A stretch of 61,535 bases of DNA, filler included, from Sphacelaria rigidula (taxonomy: Eukaryota): assembly GCA_964200075.2 (NCBI GenBank). It is 11 parts of 11 records of this genome, joined end to end, with 100 filler letters (N's around TTAATTAATTAA, not from the genome) between each part and the next. Parts side by side here need not be neighbours in the genome. Positions count along the whole stretch, not along the records: positions 44,828 to 50,330 come from CAXNAA020026798.1; positions 50,431 to 55,933 come from CAXNAA020026799.1; positions 56,034 to 61,535 come from CAXNAA020026800.1; 8 more parts are not named here. The stretch is one strand, 5' to 3'. This document shows positions 50,101-61,535 of the stretch, piece by piece. The position numbers and the translations under genes are program-made. Under the pieces are notes generated by a model that was not told the DNA's origin, made no database searches, and worked only from the letters and a program-made list of their open reading frames with translations. Numbering within the stretch: position 1 is the stretch's first letter; every line of letters begins with the position of its first letter.

Positions 50101-51121
50101 AGTACACCTCAACTGAATATAGCGTACCCACCGCAAAACTGGAGCTGGGATGCCTTCAATCGCCCAGCGGAGGGCGAGAAGCAAGCGGTTGGGGGCAGGG
50201 CAGGGTAGAGGAGAAAGTGATACCAAGTGCGTAGGGGGGGGGGGGGGGGGGGGAGGACTATTGTGTGTCGAGTAAAGCGAGCTTGGCGCGTAAGTTGCGG
50301 CTCCCAAACCCCCCCGCTGGACTCTTTTTTNNNNNNNNNNNNNNNNNNNNNNNNNNNNNNNNNNNNNNNNNNNNTTAATTAATTAANNNNNNNNNNNNNN
50401 NNNNNNNNNNNNNNNNNNNNNNNNNNNNNNGGGTCTTCCGTGCAAGAGAGAAATGCCACTTCAACCCCATATTTTGTATGAACCCCAAACTGTAAAATCG
50501 GCTGTTACATGTTTTTCTCCCTGTGTCCTTCAAAGGCGCTCGCCTTCTGTGCAAATGCCTTGAAGAAACTGCACATTAAAATGCAGGTAGTGGCAACGGT
50601 CGAAGATTCAAGTAGACATCGCTCGTTTCGGGCGGGTGCAGCATTGTTTGCAAAGGTCGAGTCGGGGCTTGACTGGTCTGTGAGGGTCAACACAATAACT
50701 CAATGAGCAGCTGGGCATATTGCTTTCCGTCAGACCGAAATGTGGCTGTGTGAGCACAAACGTCAACCTTTTCCCCTGATATTACCCCCCTCAAAAAAAG
50801 GGGGGATGGCGGTTTCGGTCAGCGCTGTAAGCTCAGAGTCAGTGAATTGCGCTGAAAAAGTATCTACGCGATCGAGGGGCATTAGGCCGACGAAAACGTC
50901 ATTGGGCACCATAGCTGAATTGTGGGGACAGCACTGTTTTAGGCTTGAACCTCATCTCGGACTTAAACCTCAATTCGCATTTATTGTTAAATCGTGTTTG
51001 TTAATGGGAAAGGGAAATCTTCGCCTGATCAAACACTAAACGTTGATGGACAAAACCAACACGTGTGATTTCTTCATCATGTTGAGAAGAGCGTGTATTT
51101 TCACCGACTAAAAACAAGCAG

Positions 51122-54100
51122 AGTCGCGGTGAAACTGCGAAGTGCCGACCTGAGCGTAGTTACATCTGACGAACTGGAGGCGGGCGACACGTTTGGGGAG
51201 GAGTGCATGCTCGATGAAAGACGGTACTTCAATGTCGCTGTCACCAGTATCACAGCTGGGGAGGCGGGGGAGTCGGGAGAGCGGGTCGGAGGGTCCAGTA
51301 GTGCTCAAGTCGCAGCCGTTGGTCGATCTTACGAGACGTACCAAACGCTCGAGGTGAGATCCAATCGGGCAGGGTCGATGGAGGGGATGGGGGGGCTGTG
51401 GTGGATGCTCTGGTGCATTTTATACTTCATTTTGTTCGACACCCCACGTTTAGCCAAAGGCCACGCGCATCACACGAGGTAACATATGCGATTGTAAAGA
51501 TGACTTCAACTGAGTGCTGGTACTCTCCGTATGATAAAAAAAAGTGCAGAAGACGATGTACACAGGGAGAAAAGCAGGCAATTCGAGTCTAGGCAGGATT
51601 TGCGCTCCACATTGATACGATATGACATAACATCGTTCAATTATGTATGTAAATATGTGACACGGGAAAATCGTTTCAGAATACATACGAAGGACGCGAT
51701 AGTGGTTCAACGCTACTGTAGATTCGTGGATCAAGATCAGCGTTATATCTCACTTAGAGGGGGCCGTTATGGCTGGGCTATACTGGCACTCAGCATGCGC
51801 TGAAAAAGATGTAGAGCGCAGTAGGATGAAAAAAACTCGCTAAATCGCTGTGCGTGATCTGCAACCACAAGATGCCGGTTCGAACTAAACCCGTGAGCTG
51901 TACACTAGACTGCATCAAGCTCATGTGAAGGTTTCAACGCTACCAGTCATCAGGCACCCTCTGGTTATATTTCTCTCCGCTGGAAAGAACACAAAGAGTG
52001 CACCACAGTATATTGCACCTGTGGAATTGGTGTGTTTCGTTGTTTTACACGCCACACCTTTGATCAACTTCTGTGGCATCATCAGATATTATAATGGCAG
52101 GAAACATCAGGAGAAAAGGTGATGTACGCTACTAAGGTCGTGGTCAGATCGCCACCGGTTGGGTGGTCATGCGTTGAGTGTAGTGCTACACATGTTGAAA
52201 ATAGTCACCATGCACGACTGGGTTCTTGTTCGCCCCTGGTGAATATATTTGCTCCGTGGTTTCTGCACTGTGCTCCGCTTCCGCTGTTTCCTCACACCAT
52301 GAACGTTTGGAGCAGCCTACCCGTCTGGTGCTGATACTAAAGAGAGATTTCTATCGACTACCGGGGTTGGTTCAGCTGTGCACGGAATCCCTGAAGGTTT
52401 GATTTGTAGCTCCTTTGATTTGTCATAGCACAAAGCACATGAACATGCGCAGCGATCTGTCGAAACGGCAGACGCCCGAGACCACCGATATATGTGGGAT
52501 CATCATCATCAGACGTTTTCTGCAAAGTACACATTCACTTATCATGCGTAGTTCTTCAAATGAAGAACTGACAGGTGCAAGTGCGGCTATGTTAATACTG
52601 TAGCCCTGCACAGAGTTTGACTGGACTGGAGGGTATTTTGGCGCCGATTCACGAACACTTCCGCAGAGGAGGAGTAACAGCCGAGGCGCGGTGTGAGATC
52701 CCGCGCCTTTTGACGTGGGTTTCGGTCCGAGGATACGACTGGATGCTCGGATGGCGAATCTGAATGTCAAGCGTGAATCGGTCGATAGAGATGTGGGACG
52801 ATTTTGTTTTTTACAGCTGCGTATCCTCGTGTCCGATGCGTACAGTAACCCTGGATGACGAAGATTCGCGATGCTTTTTGTTGTTGACTTTGATATGTTT
52901 GCTGAGGCGAGCGCCTCTTGACAAAAATATGCGTGTAGAATAACTGTTATACCACGTGCTCGCCATGTACAGCGATGCAGCATGATGGTGACCACGATGC
53001 TTTTCATTTCGGCTTCAACTCTTTTTTGTGCGCGAATGTTCGCTAACTTTGTTAGACCGTACCAAACTTGCATTAACGCTTGCAATCAAACGCCCCCGCG
53101 ACTCGCTTTGCTTTCGCTCGAACTTGAAATAGCTTAAATCACTGAATCATAAGCAATTGGCAGTGCATTATTTCATAAGAGTGTGATACCTCTAGTACAG
53201 AAGAGGTTTACCATCTGTTTTTGTTACGCCCACGAACCGGTTCTGGAATCATTAGTTGAAGTCGGTGCGTCGTTCGTACCTTCGTCCCACTTACACGACA
53301 CCGTCGCCCGTGCCGTATTTCGGCCTACCGCAACAGAGGAGGCATCAAGCGATAAAGCGCTGCGGGCTGTTTTCGACGTGGAAGACGGAAGATGTAATGC
53401 GGCTGACCAGAATGTCAAGGATACAACGTCACTCGTCAAATCATGTCATCATCAGGCAACGAACGGTGAACCTGAAGATACCATCGAGTGAGATGGGTAA
53501 TAAACACCGTTGACATCACTTTTTCCAGTTCAGCTTTCTCAACGGGGAAGACCGGTCCCTGCACGGCCGAATGATCCCGTGCATAGACAGACCTCGACGA
53601 CATCGTTCCAACGGCACAAGTTTGGGCACCGCTAGAACTGCAGTCCGGGAGAAACTCTAGGTTGCAAAATCCATCACCAAGGGTTTGTATCCCTGTTGTT
53701 AAACCAGTGATTACTGGTAGTATGCTAATTTTAGTGGGTTATCCAAGAATATTCTGGGGTTCGCTAGAGAGATGTATCAAGCCACGAGCCCACGTCATGC
53801 GCAAGTTCCTATGAGAGTATTGACTCAACGCTATCCAAGAAATAGCCGCACTCAATGTCCTGCGAACTACGTGCAGGAGCCTTCGCACCTGTATATTTTG
53901 CGGAGGGGGACATGCACGGTGACCAAGTACCCCGACCGACTAGCGGCTGTGCGGCGGAACATCGCGGAGATAGGGGCGGCGCTGTACCGCATCAGGAGCA
54001 AATACACTTACCACAGAGAGGTCCGCACGAAGACGGTGAGCAGCCAGCCGCCAGGTTACGAACAGCGCGCGCATGCGCAGAATCCAACATCCATCTGTCA

Positions 54101-55351
54101 ACAAGAAATAGACGCTTAGGGTCGCGAATCTGTTTAGGATGGAACCTACCAAATTCAACACAGAGCGGATGGCTATTTCTGCCCGTAGCAACATAGCTTG
54201 AGGCCAATCCGACGTACTCGTCTTGTCTGAAGAGAAGTGGCAATACTTGCAGGTAGCACGGGCGATTATGGACGCAAACATGAAAACGAAAGCTGAACGC
54301 TGTAAGTGAAACACGGATGTTCACGGAACGTTATCTCATGTACTGGTGTCCAGTATCACCGAAGCGTTAAGGGCAGATGAGTCTTCGGGGATAGGATCAC
54401 GACAATCCCACCACGAATAACCAGAGCCGCAAAGACAGAAAAATCTAATGCCAGGCGGCTTTTGGTAAAAAGACCAAATCGGCTTCATTATGCTGTAATG
54501 CGGCTTTTTGGACCGCATCGGAGTTTACAACACCCCGGGACCGACGTTTGGCAAGACCGCTGACGCCAGTCCCTGCACGGACCGCGCCCCTAACCTGAAC
54601 CCTAACACCAACCCCAACCATAAAGGTGTTAAGACTCCGATGCGGTCCAAAATATACTAGGTCCGCTCACTCATTGCAATGCGGTCGACGCACACGCAAC
54701 ATGTTCATCATAGCCCATCACACCCGCGTACGAGAGATCGGTAGTGGGTTTTCCAGTACCACGGGAGCTACACCTGAATTTTACCGAGGTGCTCGATCGA
54801 ACCGGAAGTGCGCAGTCCATGGGCTCTGCAGCACATGCACTGGTACATCTTCCAACCCTCTACCAAGAAGAGCGCTGTAACACCTCAAGGATGCGGACTC
54901 GGTGCCACAAGCATGTTTTTGTCTCAGACCAGAAGACGCTGTGCACGTTGCTCATGACAACGGATTATGCGCGCTGCCTCGATCACGTCTACCATGCACC
55001 AGAGCAGCGGAAGTGTCTATGGCAGTCGTGAGAAGTCACCATTTCCCGTACCTGTTCATGGCGGTATTGCTAGCCAAGGCATACAAAACATCAATGCCGT
55101 ACACCCCTCGCCTGTCTCCACCACAATGGTAGGGTATCCCGAAGACACCCGGGGGTCAAGTCGTGGACCCCACAAGTAAACACAACGCCATCTTCAATGC
55201 CACCGCAGCGGGGGGCGCGGGTGTGGGAGATAAGGAAGGGAAAGGAGCGGGGGGTGGGAATGGAAATACCGCGGGGAACAACAGGAAGACAGACCCCAAA
55301 TTATGCCGGATAGTGGCAGATGGACACATGTCTCACGTCACCAACACAGAG
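51122..55351 (+). CDS. Exons of a cyclic-nucleotide-binding-domain protein: 51122-51353, 53877-54035 and 55133-55351 (intervening exons not resolved)
   Basis: ELEAGDTFGEECML matches the cNMP L..Gd.FGE motif and EPSHLYILRRGTCTV matches the lYii.rG.v.V motif. Donors GAG|GTGAGA, ACG|GTGAGC and GAG|GTGAGC; the last two exons join in phase 0. Confidence 0.68.
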
Positions 55352-57030
55352 GTGAGCGCGTGTGCTCAGAGTGGTTCGCGAACGTTGTCGGTACCGAGTA
55401 CCTGTACTTATTTGTTTTTGATGACACTATTGAGCCCTTCCCGTCCTCAGGACGAGCCCGTGGCCTCAAGGATTCAACCCATGCCTCACCCTGTATTGTA
55501 CACACCTCTGCGTGTCGGTACAGGGGATCAGACCAGTACTCCCGCACCGCGTCGACTCTCGCGAAATGTTGTTTCTTCTTCGCTGCTCACCCCCTCACGT
55601 TTTCTGCGACGGGAATCAGATACTTTCAAAAACAAAACATGAGCTCGTATATGCTGGGAATAGAACCCGTGTTCTTCCGACCTGATCGGTTTCAGTTGTG
55701 AGGTACCAATTGGACAACCGGGGCGCGACGGCCTGCTTCGTGTTTGGTTGGGGCAAAAGGCCTGTTTTTGGTATTTTGTCCCAGTAGGACCGGCGTACGG
55801 TCTATCTTGACGTTAATTCTTCTTCTCTTCCCTTTCTGCCCCTCCTCTTCTTTCTTCGTTTTTGTTGTTTGCAAGGGTCGGACAAATAATGATTCGTCTG
55901 GAAATTACTTGGTTTTAGTATGATGGGTCGACTNNNNNNNNNNNNNNNNNNNNNNNNNNNNNNNNNNNNNNNNNNNNTTAATTAATTAANNNNNNNNNNN
56001 NNNNNNNNNNNNNNNNNNNNNNNNNNNNNNNNNTGAGCTGCATCCTGCTAAGATTGCCCCGCCCGAAGCGTACTGATTATCTTGCATTTGGATGGCAGCC
56101 TTCAATGAGTGGCTCCATTTTCTGATATTGCCACTTCCAGAGACAGCCACGGCTTATGCACTGCCTTATGGGTATCTCACCATTCAAACACTACGTAGTA
56201 CGATCATCCCCATCGTGCGGAGTTGAGGTTCTCCCACACCGCACAATACGATTTAGCTCGACCACCATCATGGTTACCGCAAAAAAAACGCAAGTACGCA
56301 AAACAAATCGGTAACCTGGTTGCCTGGCTTTCGCAGTGAGTGATGTGTTTTTCAGCGTCGTTGCCAACTGACGCCAACCCCATCGGGGGTCCGCCCCTAC
56401 AAAGCCGGGACGGAGCACACCGGGTTCTCGCCGGACCACGCAGGTATCTGAGGGGAGATCAGTTGATTCCTCGAGACTACACAGTCGTCAATCGTCTCGA
56501 GAAAGGGGAAGGGATTTAATTTTTTGTATCACAAGCGGAAGAGTGAACAGAACATTTTCACACGCAGTATTTTACAGTATACCCCCCTCCGACGCCGACC
56601 GCTGAACTCGTGGAACCCCGCGTATGCGTCAGTCTCCTTTCTCGCAACCGCCGGGGGTACCTCACGCAGTTTCCCTAGCTCAGGATATCATGAATCCATG
56701 CGTGGCGACACAATCTTCGCAACATATAAAGGATCGAACACCAGATATCATAGGAAGCGTCCACAACAAACGGTGCAGCAGCGAAATTACCGGTGGCTTC
56801 GACCTGTAAGACATATCTGGAAGACCTAGCCAAACTCGTCATGCTCCAGCGTTCGCCTGGAACGCTGCGCCAGTCAGACGTTACGTTTCCGTGCAACGCT
56901 CCCACAGTTATTCTCAATGTGCGACTTGAATTTCAGCGAGCCCATCAACCGAACGCACATGCACGGCGTATCATGGTCCGCGGCATGCATACCATGATAC
57001 CTGCAACATACTGCCCGCGCTGGCTCTCAC

Positions 57031-57286
57031 CCGTAGTCGATTCATTTCGCCGCGTGGAGGGTCCGTGCCGCCGCCAGTGACAGGTAATGGTTGTGTTGCT
57101 GAGGCCGGTTGGTCAGCGCCGCCTCTCGCCCGCTTGAGCAGTTGCCCGAAGCTCGGGAGGTCTTTCATGGCATCGCCCTCTTCCTCTTTCTCATCGCCTG
57201 AGTCAAGTATTTGGGTGGATACGCAGGAAATGATTTTGAGTACGCGCCTCCGCCGCCGCCGGGCCTTGGGGGCTAAAGTGTTGCAG
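57031..57286 (-). CDS. Probable internal exon of an unknown protein, possibly the same gene as 59644-61067
   Basis: TTCCAG acceptor, CGG|GTGAGA donor and an open frame CNTLAPKARRRRRRVLKIISCVSTQILDSGDEKEEEGDAMKDLPSFGQLLKRARGG...MNRLR. Confidence 0.5.
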
Positions 57287-59643
57287 CTGGAACCAATGAG
57301 GATGGCAGAATGCCGGTTCGATTTCCAGCAGACGGAATTCGTCCTTTTGTTGTTTTTGTTTCTGAGAAGTATCCGATTCCTGTCGCTGAAGTCGTGAGGG
57401 TATGGGTAGCAACAATTTTTTCCTTGGTAAAAGTCGACGCGGTGGGGGAGTCCTGATAGTCATGATCCAATCCACGAGACCAAAACGCAAGGTGTTTACC
57501 GGGAGAGAGACATAGAGGGGGTGATCCCTTGAGACCACGGAATCGTTCCGAGGAAGGGGAGGGATTGAGAGTGTGACGGAAACAAAAGTGCAGCACGGAA
57601 GGGAGGGGGGGCAGGGATGACTTTCCCAGGTGTTTCGGTGGTGTGTGTCGCAAGCGGATCAGAGATCCTGTCAAACAGGATAGACAAGCGGCGATGAAAA
57701 AGGACAGTTGCGGTGGACGTTTTCGGGAGCTAGCTGGACGTTAAACTTGAATTTTCTGCAGCAACGACGCGGGAGGTGGTTCGAAGTGTGGCATGCAAGG
57801 ATTCCGCATCCTTAATGTGGTGAGGCTGTTGGTCGTGTTGATAGACTGCGCTTAAAGTAGCGCCGTGACGGCCTTCGTTCCCAAGGGCCCGGCCGGCGAA
57901 GTTTATCTATGCCGAAGTGCTCCAAGTATTTATTGAAGCAACATGGGCATGCATATCACAAGCCTTGAAAGGTCCATTTCATTCCCAAACGATATTCTGA
58001 CAACGAAAGTATCTGTAAGGTACATGTTACTCCCACGCAACCAGACAACCAGACAAGCAGATATAGCCCTTGTGCGGTTTCAATCAAGAACGCCGATGCT
58101 TGCGGTTGTTTGGCCCAGGGATACTTCATGGATCTGGACCCGAAAAAGAAATCGCGAGCAACAGCCAAAAACGATAACTTCAACACTATGCTTTCATCCG
58201 TAGCGTTGTAAGCACGCCGCCCCCCGTCGCCCCAGATCTCCTATTTCCAACTGTAGATACACGAATAAGTCTCAGCAGTCAACGCACAATTTTTTCCATT
58301 GGCTAAACGATCGAACCTTCTCGGTGATTTTCTTCACCATCCTGTCGACGCCCGTTCTCGGGATACTGCTGCTCTTCGCGCCTCTCTTCACCCGCACCCG
58401 CAACTTCGCTCCCCCGTCGAGTACGCGACAGTAAGTTGCCGCCACCAAGTCTCCCCAGCGCCTGCAACACCGAAGCGGGTGACGCGGCTTCGGCGGCGGG
58501 TGCCTGATTCCCGCAGCGGTAAAGGAAGAACAGCATACGAGGTGGAATCTGAGGTGGCTGGACTGAAAGCTTGAGGCGAAATCTGTACATCATGTGGAGA
58601 TTGAGTCATGACGACGATTTTGTATTTTGTGCCTATGCCAATGAACACGATGCAAGACAGAGTGACTGAACATGAAGACAAGAAACGCGAAGAGGGCGTG
58701 CAGAAAAAAGAGACGTGAGAATACAAAATTGAGTATCCGATACGGTCGGGTTAATCCACTCCACGGATGTTGGATATTCCGAGCATCCCCGGACTATACA
58801 AAAATACTAGTTTTATCCACCTCTAAAACAACAGTTGACTATTGCCGAGATAGCCCCCCCACAAAAAATGCACCGGAGACCGTCCGACANNNNNNNNNNA
58901 CTCGTTTGCAGCAATTTCGCCCACATGAGAGACATTTAGCAGTCCGAAATCGGCTATAACGCCCAAATGAATCGCGTCGTGCAGCACGAAACCAGCTCTA
59001 ACGGCATTTCTGATCATCGTCTCCGTGCACATTTTTGGGCGGTTCGGGGAGGGGAGCTATCTCGGCAGCAATAAGTTATTTCCCCCTTCTCCCACGTTGT
59101 CGCAGTACCTCGTACTAGTACCGATACTACAATGTTTTCCAGGAGCGCGGCTAGGCTATTCGAACAAACGTCGGGGAAGGCAGGTCATCATCCCCGGGTA
59201 TGTCATTCCCAGGAGAAGAGCTATGTGTGCCGTGAAATAACATTTTACGCATTAGTAGGTGAGCCACATCCTGCCACGTTTATTCGTCCATACAGCGTGA
59301 TATACACATACCACGCAGTATACATATTTTTGCTGAACCTAACTGGATGCAGTTTTCATTTGGTACATCGCCCTTCAACCGCATATTGTGCTACTTCGCA
59401 TTTACAAAAAGAAGAGGCAGCAGCCGTGACCAAATTGTCGTCGGGCGGCTCGGCCGAGGGGTTATTGCAGTCTTGCATTCTCCGAGGCCCTCCCCGATAG
59501 TCGACTACTTACCGTACCCCACCTCACCCACCCGTGATCATCACCTATTGCTCTTGCTAATGCTCCACTGAAGCGTTTTCATATGTCCTACCCAGCGCTA
59601 TTCACGCTCGATTCCCGATACAGCATCTGCACCAACCACTCGC

Positions 59644-61067
59644 CTGTGCCGTGTCCGGCACTGCGTCCACCTTAGCGGTAGATCCGAATGCTGGCCTTCC
59701 CCAACCTCCCACACCCGCAGCGCTCGAGCGCCGCCGCCCAAAAATGGCGACAAGGGGGAAGGAATTCTTTTCTAGAACTAAGTCAGGAGGCGATTGTTTT
59801 CTTCTCTCTGACCAGTTTCTGCCAGATGGGGACCTTGGAGATTTTTTCAGGCTTTGTCGTCGGGCCAGGTCTTTGCAGGGGAAGAAGTGGTTCATCAATT
59901 CTGCAAGATACACCTATTGTTCCATTTTGAAGTACGCAGGAAAGGGTAGTCAGTGTTGTCGTTTGTTGTTGTTGTTGTTGTCGTTGTCGTTGTCGTTGTT
60001 GTCGTCGTCGTCGTTGTTGTCGTTGTCGTTGTTGCAAGGCAAAGTCTTGAAAGGACGAACGGCAATGAAACAGTGAGAGTAATGAGTTATACGGACGAAC
60101 AGCCCACGTGTGACAACCATATTACGTTCCCTTCCGCATTCTGATTCTCATTGCCATCAAAATTGATCATTTTCCGAATGGACATTTTTAATGACGGAGG
60201 AAAAATTCGACGAGAACGCGGAAGGGAACGTAAAATGGTTGCGACACGTGGGCTGCTCGTCATCATCACGATCACTCTTACATTCTCATCCTCATGCTGA
60301 ATGTTTCTGGTCTTGATAATACGGGGCCTGATGTACTTCATCCTCATGACTCCCAATTGTCAGGTCTGAGTCCGCTCACCATTCCCAGAGAAAAATAGTG
60401 ATACAGAACAAAACTCTATGGTTCACAGCATGCGTCAAACGGGGGAAATTTGCTGTTCCTATAATCGATCCGCCAAGCAGGGACATGTCCGCTCGCAACA
60501 GGGCACATTGAGCACATGTAAGGCCGCTTGTTACGCAATTGTCTCGCGGAGATACGATGGTACTGTAGTACAACCGAGCGCACTTTAATGCAAGACATAT
60601 TCGAAAAAACCCCGTTTAAAAGCGTTATTTTTTGCATGTAATGTAGTGCCCATCTTGAGTACAGGGCAGTCTTCTTGTCCAAGATAATGAAGCGTGCGCA
60701 TTTACGTACTGTTTGTTTGTGCAACACGCTGACGAGAATATTAACTGTGGTAGGCATGGCCTCTGCCGTACCTTTCACGTTGTAACCCCTTCTTATTTCT
60801 ACACTACTCTCTACCGTTCGCAGTACAACAGTAGAGTATCTACACTTGCCGTCTCTGGCAGCAGTACCACACGACTAGTAAACGTCTTGTTCGACATAAT
60901 ACCTGTTTCAGCGCGTTGGCATTTTTACTCAGTACCATTTTGTTACAGCACATGTTCTCGTGCGGTACCTGAGGGTTGTCTGCTAGATATTGCAGGTCAG
61001 CGTCCACCAGGAAGCGCGGCGTTTGATCCATGCCTACGATCTTCTCTGCATCCGCCGTCGCTTGTCC
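59644..61067 (-). CDS. Internal exons of an unknown protein: 61067-60969, 60415-60380 and 59913-59644
   Basis: Phase-0 chain GQATADAEKIVGMDQTPRFLVDADLQYLADNPQ|SFVLYHYFSLGM|VYLAELMNHFFPCKDLARRQ... with donors CAG|GTACCG, ATG|GTGAGC and CAG|GCGAGT. Confidence 0.62.
59955..60033. repeat. (GTT/GTC)n trinucleotide microsatellite, intronic
   Basis: Mixed gtt/gtc run directly visible in the sequence. Confidence 0.95.
60066..60288. repeat. Imperfect intronic hairpin
   Basis: gacgaacagcccacgtgtgacaaccatattacgttcccttccgcattct pairs with agaacgcggaagggaacgtaaaatggttgcgacacgtgggctgctcgtc. Confidence 0.85.
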
Positions 61068-61449
61068 CTGAAGAGTAGCGAAGGACCACATGTGAATTTT
61101 CAGAAATATCGTCGATGCCTACCGTAGGGGTAGTCCATATTGTGCAAATATTCGTTCCATAAAAGGGCCCCGTTTCTGTTCTGTTGCGTTGTCTTCTCGG
61201 TGTTTGGTCAACACTTTGTTAAGACATCGGCAAAATCGATCCCGTTCACACGTCTTTTCCTCAAGTGAACAACAAAAGCGTGTCGCTTTCCCCGATATCT
61301 GCAGCACTAATCGACACAGAAACGGGTAGCCACTTTTGTTTTTTTGTTTTTTCGCAGCCATCTGCAAGTCTCCCACCTTCTTGGCCGATAGGGCACATGG
61401 TCGGATCCCGGGCGAGTCATATCGACGTCGGCGCTTATGTACGTCTGAA

Positions 61450-61482
<33 letters not shown>

Positions 61483-61535
61483 ACCCCCCCCCCCCCCCCA
61501 CCCCCCCCGCACCCCCCGCCACCCAACGATCACGC

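Noticed and set aside
8430..55351. An MLO + TPR + cNMP-domain gene cluster as a signalling or immune system
   Set aside because: The genes lie on different contigs that were joined only by length sorting.
58317..58585. Exon linking 59644 to 57286
   Set aside because: Two frames are open, but neither gives phases compatible with both neighbours, so it is left uncalled.

Overview
This is eukaryotic nuclear DNA, most likely from a brown alga or a related ochrophyte. That taxonomy is an inference from the intron-rich genes with short exons, the plant/bacterial-type EPSP synthase C-terminus, the RTE-type LINEs and the TTAGGG-like motifs. The window is not one locus: it is 11 unrelated contigs of 5504, 5504, 5504, 5503 (x7) and 5502 bp, sorted by length and joined by artificial 100-bp N44-TTAATTAATTAA-N44 linkers. 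Most ORFs in the supplied track are spurious. Manual splicing recovers partial genes: a signal-peptide/low-complexity/TPR protein, the last two exons of EPSP synthase, four exons of an MLO-family membrane protein, an ABHD/YheT-type hydrolase exon, a cyclic-nucleotide-binding-domain protein and two unknown multi-exon genes. The rest is mostly non-autonomous transposons (TA-flanked, hAT-like with 8-bp TSDs, Sola-like, piggyBac-like), two tRNA-derived SINE families, LINE fragments, fold-back hairpins and a 42/45-bp hairpin satellite. The most unusual signals are (1) a LINE family and a sister element whose insertions lack poly(A) and have target-site duplications starting in C-runs, (2) the hairpin satellite with 3-nt-quantised unit lengths, and (3) a compact MLO-like gene. 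No prokaryotic operon, CRISPR-Cas locus or true RNA gene is supported.
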